The notes under the pieces are model-generated. The model saw nothing but the letters and a program-made list of their open reading frames with translations. It searched no databases and was not told the origin of the DNA. The translations under genes were made by a program, and so were the position numbers. A stretch of 64,000 nucleotides of DNA from positions 62,001-126,000 of the forward strand of contig CDRNVI010000060.1 of the NCBI GenBank assembly GCA_977017575.1, written 5' to 3'. Origin of the DNA: Paramoeba atlantica (taxonomy: Eukaryota > Protista > Discosea). Every line of letters starts with the position of its first letter. The first letter of the stretch is position 1. Of the stretch, positions 24,190 to 34,373 are shown one piece after another.

Positions 24190-24830
24190 CACAAGATTTG
24201 AAGAGTGCAATTCGCGAACGACATGATGCAGCTCTCCGATAGAGCTCGCCAGAGCATTGTGCTTTGTGGCGAACGTTTTTTTGTTGCAAATCATCGGCGA
24301 AGCCAACTTACCTTTGCAGGAGATCTGATCCCCCCAAGGAACAAACTGGTGAGTTGGGGTCCCACCATGAGGGGGAGGGTATCATGGTTTGGGTGGGGGT
24401 AAGCCTGAAACATAGATTTTACATTCACGTTTTCCCTTCTCATCATCCAGATGGCCCGAAGTTCACTGTCAACGGTGATACCTTCCTTGATGTCATGCAA
24501 AAGAGGGGAGGGTTCTTTCAGTACTTGCGGAGGCACCGCGCGTATGTAGCGATGGACAACGCCCCTGTTCATAACAAGGCACGTGCCAAAGCCCAAGAGA
24601 AAGGGTATGGTTGCAATGTCCAGCGAAAGGGTATGGTTGCAATGGCCAGCGAAGTCCCCGGACCTAAATCCGATTGAGAACCTTTGGTCCATTATGGATG
24701 CGACAAAGGACAACATTCACCCCCGAAATCGAATTCAATTGCTCAATACGATCCACGTTACGTTTCGCAATTTGGATAACGAGCAAAACACTTATTGCCT
24801 CAACACGCTTCGTAGCTTTTGAAAGCGTTG
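24190..24830 (+). pseudogene. Tc1-type transposase remnant
   Basis: GIMVWVG, MDNAPVH, WPAKSPDLNPIENLW; frameshifts and an internal tandem duplication near 24600-24645. Confidence 0.85.
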
Positions 24831-24922
24831 TTCCATCGTTATCCAGAGAAATGGCAAGCACTGTGGGTATTAGTACAACCCAGACTAAAGTGGACGATAT
24901 TGACAATAATTGTACAATAACT

Positions 24923-25603
24923 TTAACTGTACCTTGTAGGGTTATACGAGCCCTGGAAAAAATATGGCTCACCGTTACTCACTGTGATTTCTGTTCCTCG
25001 AACATCATAGAACAAGGCACTTGGACCGCGATTCAAATCCAACGTGCCTTCAAGACCAGCGTTGAACTGCGCAAATAATTTCTTTAATGACACAGGCAAG
25101 AGATCAAAGTCGACGTGTCCTGTAAACAAGTTATCGTTTATGGTAATGCCATAGAGTCCTGATAGAGTACAAAAATTAGGCGTTCCTGTTAATTCATTCC
25201 GCCCAGCACAGAAATTCCGCAACGTCGAAGGAAGAACTTCGAATGGTAGATGACCGGAAAATTGATTACCCGCGGCAAAAAAATCTTCAATGGTTGACGG
25301 GATATATTGCCAATTTAACACACCTTTCAAATCCCTAGCTAGCCAGTAGATTCCCGTCACAGCCTTTTGTTCATCACATCTGATACCTGTCCAGTCACAG
25401 GCCGGGACATCCGAGTTCCAGGAGCCCAATGGATTCTCGATACCACCTATAAAACGGGATAAATCGTATTCTTGGGGTAATAAACTTCCTGTTACTTTTG
25501 AAGGAACTCTCCTGGATGATTGTGATTCATCAGCAGTCTTGATTGTCTTAACGAGGTTTGCAATAACGCAACAAAGCATGAATGTCGGATGTAAGTAATA
25601 CAA
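24923..25603 (-). CDS. LRR protein (226 aa)
   Basis: RVPSKVTGSLLPQEY motif, CDWTGIRC cap, LRRs. Confidence 0.88.
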   Translation of the reverse strand: MYYLHPTFMLCCVIANLVKTIKTADESQSSRRVPSKVTGSLLPQEYDLSRFIGGIENPLGSWNSDVPACDWTGIRCDEQKAVTGIYWLARDLKGVLNWQYIPSTIEDFFAAGNQFSGHLPFEVLPSTLRNFCAGRNELTGTPNFCTLSGLYGITINDNLFTGHVDFDLLPVSLKKLFAQFNAGLEGTLDLNRGPSALFYDVRGTEITVSNGEPYFFQGSYNPTRYS

Positions 25604-25900
25604 CGCTGGAATTTACATTTCTTTGGCGTATGAGTGCTACGTATGAGTTGTAGAATACAACCTCCAGTAGAAAAATGTTTTAGACATTGTAATAAATCAT
25701 TTTTGACTATTTCGTGATTGTCAGTGAAACAGTTATCAACCCCATATCAAGAAAACTAATGCATTTTAAACACCTACGTAGGTGGAAGGATGCTAATTTT
25801 ATGATCGAATCAAAACCTACACAAAATAATTGAATTCATTTTCGCAGCGGAAGTGAGTTACATCAATTGAAAAAAGCACTCTAACCAAGGTGTTGCATTT

Positions 25901-26524
25901 CTATTCTGCAAGTCGAGATATTTTGGTTTCCGAAATATCGAAGTTTACTAGCGAAACCGGTGTGTCACATTTTCTCAGAATCCCCACGAGATCTTTGTTC
26001 TTTGAAATATCAATCTGTATAATGTTGGGAGGAAGAGACGAGAGGTCTACACGACCTTGTAGCTTATTCATCGAAAAGTAGAAATCAGTCATGGTCCTTG
26101 GGAGGTATCGCATTTCGAGTCCTCCATAAAACTCATTGTAGGAGGCAAAAAGATACGCCATATTCTCGGGGAGGTTTTCCAGTTCTACTTCACCTGATAA
26201 CGCGTTAAACCCAACACTAAGACGTCGAAGGGTGCGGGGTAAACCGTTGAAGGAGAAATTTCCCCGGAGGCTTAAAAAACTCCATGCAATCACATCAACA
26301 TTTCCGGTCTCCGTACACGTTACCCCCATCCATTCATTGATCGGGCAGCTCGTATTCCAGCTGACATGACGGTCCACCACTTGTGATACAACCTGTGCAA
26401 GAGTGTACTCAGGCGGCACTAAAATGTTTCGCGGTCGACCTAGCCGAGAGGATGACGTCACGTCTCGGGCGATGTACAACGACAGGCGACCCAGGAATAC
26501 CTGACAGCCGTCAATATAGGCCAT
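25901..26524 (-). CDS. LRR protein (207 aa)
   Basis: RLGRPRNILVPPEY variant motif, EWMGVTC cap, LRRs. Confidence 0.87.
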   Translation of the reverse strand: MAYIDGCQVFLGRLSLYIARDVTSSSRLGRPRNILVPPEYTLAQVVSQVVDRHVSWNTSCPINEWMGVTCTETGNVDVIAWSFLSLRGNFSFNGLPRTLRRLSVGFNALSGEVELENLPENMAYLFASYNEFYGGLEMRYLPRTMTDFYFSMNKLQGRVDLSSLPPNIIQIDISKNKDLVGILRKCDTPVSLVNFDISETKISRLAE

Positions 26525-27099
26525 GTAAATATTTATAAAGAAAATGCTACGAGTAAAATGTTATAAGTAAAACACAAACTAAATAAAAAAACAGTGTTGC
26601 TTCAGTTCAACGGTACGCTTCAATAAACTACTATCCCCCCTATTTAATAGGGGTACGTGTGACCCCCACCCTTTAATAGAGCCATTTTGTCTGGAAGGTC
26701 AAAAAAAATTTCAGGGAAGGTGCAAAGAATTTGTCTAATCCGTATCTACCCCGTTTTTTGGGGGTAGTTAAAATTTTGGACTGGGTACTTTTGTATGTAT
26801 GAGTGATTTAATTTTTTTTGTATTTGCTTATTATTCGTGATAGTTTGTCGATTTCTATTGTTTATACAGGGATACTTTTTTCCTGCTACTACTATTTATT
26901 GCAATTGGGCCACTGATATGTCAATTGGACCCTGATAGAATGGATTAGGTCTCGAGAACTAGCCCCCCGAGTTGGACCCCTCGCCAACCCCTTAACATCT
27001 ACCCCCACCCCATCATTCGCCACAGAACCCCCTTATCATACGAAAAAGAGCCTTTCGATCGAGGACAAGCTGTCGATCAGCAAATCGAGTGAGTCCATA

Positions 27100-28138
27100 A
27101 AATCGCTTTCCAAAAAGCACGACGTTTCCGAGCAATGTGTTTATCAAGTAAAACAAGAAGAATCTGAGGTATCAAGAACGTATCAATCGTGGGGAGAGAA
27201 ATCGTAAAAGAGAACGGGGTCCGAATTCTGCATGCAGAGCTCCTGAAGAAAAAGTACACGCGGAACTTGAGCATACATGCATGTTGGCTGAACACATTTC
27301 TATCAACAAATCTGTTGTTTTCGAACTCATGCAACGTCACGGAGTATTCGAAAGCAGATCGGATGACTCTTTATCCGAGAAATCGAAAGAACTGATTAAA
27401 AAAATCTTGATTATGCTTTTGGTTGGTCTTGGAAGCGTTTTAGGAGAAAACGTGTTATTGCACCTGCAGGTCTTGAGGCTAGAATCGTCTTTTGGTCGAG
27501 GTAGCTGTGCACGCAGCATTGCATTCGCCTATATAACTCCGTTTTTCTATTTTATTTAATAAAAATATATTTGTCTATTTGGGGAAGAAACTTCAGTTTT
27601 TCCTGATGGGGATCCGCATGGCATGATCCTTGCAATCAAAAAAGATTTCTCAAACAAATGAAGAGGAGGCGGTGACGGTTTTTCTCGCCGGAATAGTGAA
27701 CATACAGGCAGGTGCGGTTTATCCTTCACCTCCCACTATAATATTTCGGTCACAAGCGAAAACTTCGGAACCTCAAGAATTTTGAGGCAGGTAAAGGTAC
27801 TTTCTACATCTCTTTCCAGCAAAGTGTATGCTGACGCTACGGAGACAAGATGGATGCGCCAGCCCGTATTTGAAAAAATGCTTACCCGATATACGGATTC
27901 AATAAATGACTCGAAACTCCCTACCGCCCTAATTACGGATGACCATACGACCCATCACACCAACTCTGTTCCTGTCAACTGTGACATACATCGCATTCCA
28001 GGTGATTGCACCTCGCTCATTCAGGGACGTGACCGATTTTTTAATTTTCACTATAAACGTTTCTATGACGAGGAGCTGAAGATTTGGCGTGCTTTTTCAA
28101 AGTCGCGAGAAACAATTGATCGAAAAAGGGCATTGTAA
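27100..28138 (+). pseudogene. pogo/Tigger-like transposase remnant
   Basis: WLNTF..RHG (CENP-B-type HTH end) and LITDDHTTH...IPGDCTSLIQGRD..FN (DDE_1-like). Confidence 0.65.
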
Positions 28139-28149
28139 TTTATTTTGTT

Positions 28150-28330
28150 AAAATTTCGGAAACCTCAAGAATTTTAAGGCAGGTAAAGGTACTCTCTCGC
28201 AACGTGTGATACAACCTGTGCAAGAGTGTACTCAGGTAGCACTAAAATGTTTCGCGGTCGACCTCGCCGAGAGGATGGCGTCACGTCCCGGGTGATGTAC
28301 AATGACAGGCGGCCCAGGAATACCTGACGA
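28150..28330 (-). pseudogene. N-terminal fragment of a paralogue of the 25901-26524 LRR gene
   Basis: QVFLGRLSLYITRDVTPSSRRGRPRNILVLPEYTLAQVVSHV is nearly identical to that gene's start. Confidence 0.85.
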
Positions 28331-28339
28331 GGAAGCGCC

Positions 28340-28837
28340 GAATGCTGAAGACACGAAAGATACACGAAACCACTGAATTGACACTTTGCCACATCCATTC
28401 CTTTCACTTTCATACCGGGCGAGCCGGCAGAGCATCTTCCTGTCGTACGACGACCGTTATCAACGACCATTACAGCGCATTCAACGCCGGTCGTACGCAG
28501 GGATTCGACCACGCCGCGTGGTCAAGGGAGGTCCTGCAGCGCCTGGGGGGGTGAAGGGGGCACTGAACTTCCACTGCGGGGGGGCGTCGTTGAGAGGCTG
28601 CAAGAAGCCTTTCGGCTACACAGCGTCGTTGAGAGGCTCTCCCCGGCGTCCATCCAGCGGGGGCACTCGGCGCGTCTGACGCGCTGCGCGTGGGTGCGAA
28701 GCGGCGGCCCCTCTTCAACGGAAAGATGAGTTTCCGGCCCTAGTGCCGGCCGGAAACGGACATACATAAAAGGCTAAGAGTATGCCTGTTTCTGGGAAAA
28801 GAAAGGATGAGCAACAAGGTACAGGAATTGTATCTTT
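28340..28837 (-). other. SL-headed GC-rich non-coding unit, copy 2 (3' boundary approximate)
   Basis: Begins AAAGATACAATTCCTGTACCTTGTTG (28837-28812); about the first 150 nt align with the unit starting at 29486, including the CC(G/A)GAAAC.GGCA..TG.CCGTTTCCGG hairpin. Confidence 0.55.
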
Positions 28838-28839
28838 TA

Positions 28840-28945
28840 GTATAGTGACCCCAGTTGGAAGATGCTCGAAATGTACTTGTAATTCCCCGCTAAACACATT
28901 TGATGGCATCTTGTTGATGTTCATGCGCTCATTGACGCAGAGATA
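28840..28945 (-). pseudogene. Internal LRR fragment between the two SL-headed units
   Basis: Translates LYLCVN..SNVFSGELQVHFEHLPTGVTIL. Confidence 0.5.
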
Positions 28946-28949
28946 CAGC

Positions 28950-29486
28950 CCTTGATGCGACGGCCGATATCATCGGCACATGACCCGCTCACAACAGACG
29001 TCGCACGAAGGAGAATTCGGCACGGACTCTGTCGGTAGAGGGGGTCCGGGTAACTCGCCCTCTTTTTACGCAGCCGGAGGGGCGTACTGCAACCGACTCG
29101 GCCCCAGTCGGTAGAGGTGGTCCAGGCAACTCACCACCTCTTTACGCAGCCGGTGGGGCGCACTGCAACCGACCGCTGCCTCGCGATAAGACGAGGCAGA
29201 GCCACGCCCAGTGGTCCTCAAGGGAGGCCACCATGGCGCATGGCTCCCCGGGAAGGAAAGGCGTGAAAGGAAGAAAGGCCCGGGAGGGAAGAAAACTCAC
29301 TGAAGGAGTGAGCCGGGGAGGGGTGAAAAGTCGAAAGTACGTCCCCTACTTCCACGACAAAGAGGGACAGTCCCTGCTAGCCGTCAGCCGGAAACGGGCA
29401 TTTAAAGAGAAAATGTGTGCCCGTTTCCGGGAAAAGAAAGGAAGGACTAGCAAAATGTACCAACATGGTGCAGAAACTGTATCTTT
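28950..29486 (-). ncRNA. SL RNA gene-like or SL-headed unit, copy 1: 3' SL exon followed by a GT donor
   Basis: AAAGATACAGTTTCTGCACCATGTTG|GTAC resembles the kinetoplastid SL exon end (..GATACAGTTTCTGTACTATATTG|GTAT). The 5' AACTAAC part of the exon and a canonical Sm site/T-tract are not seen. Confidence 0.45.
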
Positions 29487-32400
29487 TTGATTCATGCAGT
29501 TTACCTGCAGAGATTGATACCTAGAAGATGCATGACTAGCACGCAATCCTTGCACAAAACGAGTTTCTCCTAGGTTTTTAAAACTCTTCACCAGCACGTG
29601 CCCTCACTCCACTGCTCAATGCCGCGATTATTAAAAATTTTGAAACTGCCACTAAGGGCTCTTGTTACCATATGCTGACGACATCGCGAGGCGGTGGTCT
29701 TGTTTCCACCAAAAAGGGAGTTCAGTGCTCGAGTTGAGCTGTTGAGCTTTCCTCTGGCACCTACTTCAATGGCCAGGAGAAAAGTGGCTGGGTTCGACAT
29801 TTTCCGTTGTAGATACATATGTCCATACTTCTGCATCTTCCGTTCGTGTGAGGAGATAAAGTTTTCCTCCCACGGAGATGTCAGTTCTAGTATGAACTCA
29901 GAACCGTTCTTAAGTTGGACCCATCCATCAGGTCGGAGGGACGTTTCTTGCCCGCTCAGCCAGGTTGGCGGATTCTGATGGTGAGCGAGGTCAAAGTGAT
30001 ACTGTGCGGTTTCGGGGGATTGTCGAATAGCATCTGCAAGGGCGTGTAGAATGAGGTTGTGACGGAAGGTATACCGCCCCTGTTGCAGGGCGGCCTTGCA
30101 GCCTGTTAGAACGTGGCGCACAGTTTGTACGTCTTCTGAGCAAATGGGGCATTTACGGTTCGTGTGGTAACTGAGGCCCCAGCGGTGTAAGGCGGATCGG
30201 GTCGGAAGCGGTGTCTGTGTCAGAACAGATGAAGCAAGTCTGGAGAGCGACGTACTTTTAATATTGCACAGAGCAGCAGCGAAGTCTTTCGCGAGGTCGT
30301 CTTCTGTAGCCATGCGAAACCACTGCCCCGCGATTGGTGCTCGACGCTGCACAGCTTCTGAGAGATGTCTTTCGTATTCATGTTCAATGTACTGCCGTGT
30401 CGATGCGTGATTTCCACTGCGGTCGTACAACTCGACGACTGGTCGCACTTGTCCGGAAGAACGTTTGTCGTGTTCACGACGGATGCGATATCTCAGCGCT
30501 TGTTGCACTGCTGGATCACGAGATTTTTTCATCTGTTCAACTGCTGTGCCTGTGCAGAGTAACCAAAGCTTAGACAGGCTGGTGAGAGCCCAGCCGCGTT
30601 CAGAGTACAGAACTTCGCTCGTAGCTGTTTTGGCCATGTTTATCCATTTTCGAATGTGTCTCGTCGCATATTTTTGTAGTCGAAGGATAAAGTTTAGTGT
30701 CATTCCTGGATTGACCGTGAGCACATATCGCAGGCGAGATATGATTACGTTATTATAGGCCCAGAGACGAGCGGGGGTATCTAGGGCACTATTGGATACA
30801 TTGTTCAACCAAAATCGTAGCTGCTTTAGGAGACTTTTGAACAGTACTTTCCCTTGTTGGGTCCCCGGCGCGAGTGTCATACCTAGGAACTGACTTCCTT
30901 TGTCGCAAACGTTGGGAATACTCTCACCGTATGCCAAGATACGGGGTCTGTGGGTCTTATATCCGCCTTCTGCTACAGACATGTGTTGGAGACGACATTT
31001 CGGTACGTTAAGGCGCATGCCTAACCTGGAAAGCATGTTCATCAGGGCGTTCGTCACGTGTTGCATTTTTTCAGCCGAGTTCGTGATGATAGCCAGATCG
31101 TCTGCAAAGGCTTTTAAGAACGACTCTTGGTTGCCCCATTTAATACCATAGCTAGGGAAGCTCGATCGGAGATGTCGTAGAACCACTTCTATGGCGAGAT
31201 TGAATAGTACGGGGGATAGTGTGTCGCCCTGGAGAACACCTCGTTTGACGGGGATGTGTTGGGTCAGCCCTTCCGAACATTTGATCCGGATAGTCGCATC
31301 ATGGTATAGGGAGCGGATGTACGCGATGATTTGAGGTGATACATTTGCCCACGTTAGGACTTGAAAGAGAATGGAGTGTGGGAGAGAACCAAACGCGTTC
31401 TTTAAGTCAAATTGACCAAGGCAGTATTGTCGTTTATGCTGTCGTTGAAAGTCCAATAGTTCACAGAGTGACTGGGTATGCTCGATAGTTCCATTTACGT
31501 TTGGCAAAAATCCTTTTTGTATGGTTGTGTCAATTATTCCTGTCGTCACAGCATGGCTCAAGATTCTGTGGCCAATAATGGAGTGGAGTAACTTACCAAG
31601 GCAGCTCGTAAGACTGATGGGTCTCCAGTTGGACAATTGGTTGGGAGCTCCGCCTTTGTGAATGAGTCGGGTGACGGCCTGTTTCCAATAGGGAGGGCTG
31701 ACCGAATGCTTCAGTACGTCATTGAAGACTTGCGCGATGAACGGGTAGAGCTCTTCGCAGCGTCGAAGAAATGCGTTTCCCACGGTATCGGAGCCTGGGG
31801 CAGCCGAGGGGCGTTTCGAGGAGATTGCCACTGCTATGGTTGGTACGTCGATTGCTTCCCATTCCATTGCATTCTCTAGATCCAGGCCAAGGAGGTTTGT
31901 TGGAGGTAGACTATGATCTTCCGTGTCTGTGCTTAACAATTCTTGGAAAAATGTTTCGATAGCTGCTTGCGAGCAGTCTGGAAAGGTTGCCGGCTGATTT
32001 ACCAGTTGCTCGTTCTTGTCAAGACACTCTCCGGCTGCTGTCCAAGGGTTTCTTTGGAACCTGTCCATCATCCAGCGTTTCTCTCGTTCTTGTTTGACTA
32101 GTTTCGCTTCTTCCGTGTACAGCTTATGCGCTTTGGTCGCTTCTTTTATGTTGCCGATCAAGCGGTCCCTTTCTGAGCGTCCGTGGGTAAAGGAAAGAGT
32201 ACGTTTCAGTTGACGGATGTGTCCTGCTAGTTGCTTCGCAGAGCGGTCATAGCTAAGGGGTCGTGTGGGGCGTTTCGCATGGCCAATTTTGGAGCGCAAT
32301 TTGAACCCTTTGGTGGGGTCGAGTTCCCGTACAACTTCATAAACCGAGACCGCCATGCAAGCTGTCAGTAATTCCGTATGTAGTAGGGCTTCGCTCGGGG

Positions 32401-34373
32401 TTGATGCAGGCTTTAAGTACTTTTTACATCTATCCATGGCCTTCTTTATTGCCAGCTGCCATTGGTCCTGTGAGAGGCTTATCATGACCCGCCCTCCTTC
32501 GATCGTACGCATGGTGCTTAACAAGTATTCAGCCGTCTCGGTGTCTAATATGTTTTCATTTCGAGATCTATTCCTCTGTGAGTTCAGGATCGTGCTGTCA
32601 TTCGGCCCGTGGGTCTGCCGTGGTCCGCCCCGCGGTGGGAGAGTCTGGGTAAGCGTCTGTGTGTTACTTTCAGTTCCGAAGGTTGGCGCTGGTTCCGAGG
32701 TTACGTTGTTCACCGGTGGATGTGCTGGTTGTCGTGGAGACTGATTGATGCGGGTTTCTTCGGAGGCATTTGTGAAGCGTCTTTCGTGGCGCTGATCTCG
32801 TGGTGAACTCCGTGCGGCGCCTATTTTGGTTTCTACCTGTCTTTGGGGCTCAGAAGATGCGGATCTTTCGCTGTGACCAGCAGGTGCTTGTCCGTTTGTC
32901 TCGTTGTTAGACAGATTCCACGAGAAGAGGTTGCGTAGGCTCCAGCGGGTGGGTTCCTGCCGAGCGTCCTGAGGGGGGCTGAGTACTCCCTCCTTACAAC
33001 ATTGGTGTTTGCATTCGGCCTTGTTGCGGCATACGTGCTTGCAGGGCCTGCGCGAGAGTTCTTGTTCTTCCGACGTTGTTATGTGATGCAGATTTCTGTC
33101 TGGCGGTGTCTGAGTGCGTGGGGCGGGTGAGGGAGGGGTGGCAATTACTGTTGTTTCTTCGTTTAGGGATTCAAGTCTTCTAGGGTCGATCTTTACCCCA
33201 ATCTTGCAACACATGTGCTTACATTGTTGCTTGTTTTGGCAAATGTGTTTACATGATCGTCGAGGTGTCGCGCATGTGCTAGACGTTTGTTCATCTCGAA
33301 GCCATGGTGTAGCATCAGGCCTGGCATCAGACTTTTGGATTGCACTATCTGCTCTCTGCATATCTGGGTGAGGTGAGGGGTGGTCCATAGGTTCGGGGTC
33401 AATACTGATCTTGCAACATTGGTGGAGGCATATGCGCTTGTTCAAACATCGATGAGCACACGGTTGAGTACGGCTGGGTCGAGCTTCGTGGTTGGGGGTT
33501 GGTTCGTCCGTTGTACGAGGCAGCGGATGACTTCTGTTTGGTGCGTGGCCACCCGGTTCCTCTGGACGATTGTTGGTGAGCTCGGGTTCCATCCCAACTT
33601 TGCAACACGGGTGGAGACAGGTGCGTTTATTCAAGCAGCGGTGGGCACAAGGTTGTTGCCGCACTGTCCGCGTTCCTTGTCCCGCCGCCTGGTTGGGCTT
33701 CCCGATCAGGAAAGGTTCGCCGTACTCAATCCTAGTTCTCCCAAGAGCCTTTTCCCAAGAGCCTTCATCGTGTACTTCCTTAGTGTGGACGTGGGTTAGG
33801 TCGAACGCCGCAAGTCCCGAGATGTTGTTCCCAGCCAGTTTCTTCTTGATGGTGCGTCCAAGGGTTCCAGGACAAGAGTACTGTTTATCTAGCTGTAGAG
33901 ATGCGTCTGCGTGTGCTGTCGCCCAGCTAGTGTGCCGGAATATCCTGTGTGGCGGTGCAATTTCGCGGAATACGAAATGTTCGCATGCTTCCTCGTTCAT
34001 TACGTCTTGTAAAGTGCATTTTTCTACTAATATACCATCAGACCGCTTTGCTCCTGTTTCAAGGGTTCGTGCTAAGGAAAGTTCCGCTGAAATTTCGGCA
34101 TTGAAGTGCCTCTTCTTGGTTAGAAAACAAGCCGCCGCGTGGATGTCAGGGAAATAGAGCCATGATGTGGAAGTTGAGTGTCTTATTTTTACAGAAATCG
34201 CACTTTTTTGTGTGAAGTTGAAGGTATGCTTGCGTGAAGGTTTTGCGCCAGCAGATCCTCGAGGGAGGTCGCCTTGCGCCTGGGGGGCAGAGGTAGTGGT
34301 GTGGAGTGACATGCCCCTGTAGGGGTGATAACAGTTAGTACAAAAGACAACAAGGTACAGAAACTGTATCTTT
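29461..34373 (-). mobile_element. Full-length RLE non-LTR retrotransposon flanked by 26-nt SL-like direct repeats
   Basis: Repeats at 34348-34373 and 29461-29486 are 24/26 identical; intact ORF between them. Confidence 0.85.
29588..34312 (-). CDS. Single-ORF RLE LINE polyprotein (about 1574 aa from MSLHTTT): 4 Cys/His fingers, RT, CCHC knuckle, restriction-like endonuclease
   Basis: Uninterrupted ORF with NWRPISL, GFLPNVNGTIEH, GVLQGDTLSP, KAFADD, CPIC..RHVLTGC, RYTFRHN, RPDG, LELTSPWEE, RKMQKY. Confidence 0.95.
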   Translation of the reverse strand: MSLHTTTSAPQAQGDLPRGSAGAKPSRKHTFNFTQKSAISVKIRHSTSTSWLYFPDIHAAACFLTKKRHFNAEISAELSLARTLETGAKRSDGILVEKCTLQDVMNEEACEHFVFREIAPPHRIFRHTSWATAHADASLQLDKQYSCPGTLGRTIKKKLAGNNISGLAAFDLTHVHTKEVHDEGSWEKALGRTRIEYGEPFLIGKPNQAAGQGTRTVRQQPCAHRCLNKRTCLHPCCKVGMEPELTNNRPEEPGGHAPNRSHPLPRTTDEPTPNHEARPSRTQPCAHRCLNKRICLHQCCKISIDPEPMDHPSPHPDMQRADSAIQKSDARPDATPWLRDEQTSSTCATPRRSCKHICQNKQQCKHMCCKIGVKIDPRRLESLNEETTVIATPPSPAPRTQTPPDRNLHHITTSEEQELSRRPCKHVCRNKAECKHQCCKEGVLSPPQDARQEPTRWSLRNLFSWNLSNNETNGQAPAGHSERSASSEPQRQVETKIGAARSSPRDQRHERRFTNASEETRINQSPRQPAHPPVNNVTSEPAPTFGTESNTQTLTQTLPPRGGPRQTHGPNDSTILNSQRNRSRNENILDTETAEYLLSTMRTIEGGRVMISLSQDQWQLAIKKAMDRCKKYLKPASTPSEALLHTELLTACMAVSVYEVVRELDPTKGFKLRSKIGHAKRPTRPLSYDRSAKQLAGHIRQLKRTLSFTHGRSERDRLIGNIKEATKAHKLYTEEAKLVKQEREKRWMMDRFQRNPWTAAGECLDKNEQLVNQPATFPDCSQAAIETFFQELLSTDTEDHSLPPTNLLGLDLENAMEWEAIDVPTIAVAISSKRPSAAPGSDTVGNAFLRRCEELYPFIAQVFNDVLKHSVSPPYWKQAVTRLIHKGGAPNQLSNWRPISLTSCLGKLLHSIIGHRILSHAVTTGIIDTTIQKGFLPNVNGTIEHTQSLCELLDFQRQHKRQYCLGQFDLKNAFGSLPHSILFQVLTWANVSPQIIAYIRSLYHDATIRIKCSEGLTQHIPVKRGVLQGDTLSPVLFNLAIEVVLRHLRSSFPSYGIKWGNQESFLKAFADDLAIITNSAEKMQHVTNALMNMLSRLGMRLNVPKCRLQHMSVAEGGYKTHRPRILAYGESIPNVCDKGSQFLGMTLAPGTQQGKVLFKSLLKQLRFWLNNVSNSALDTPARLWAYNNVIISRLRYVLTVNPGMTLNFILRLQKYATRHIRKWINMAKTATSEVLYSERGWALTSLSKLWLLCTGTAVEQMKKSRDPAVQQALRYRIRREHDKRSSGQVRPVVELYDRSGNHASTRQYIEHEYERHLSEAVQRRAPIAGQWFRMATEDDLAKDFAAALCNIKSTSLSRLASSVLTQTPLPTRSALHRWGLSYHTNRKCPICSEDVQTVRHVLTGCKAALQQGRYTFRHNLILHALADAIRQSPETAQYHFDLAHHQNPPTWLSGQETSLRPDGWVQLKNGSEFILELTSPWEENFISSHERKMQKYGHMYLQRKMSNPATFLLAIEVGARGKLNSSTRALNSLFGGNKTTASRCRQHMVTRALSGSFKIFNNRGIEQWSEGTCW

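Noticed and set aside
29031-29173. CRISPR-like repeat pair
   Set aside because: Only two 67-nt units with a 9-nt spacer, no cas genes, eukaryotic context.
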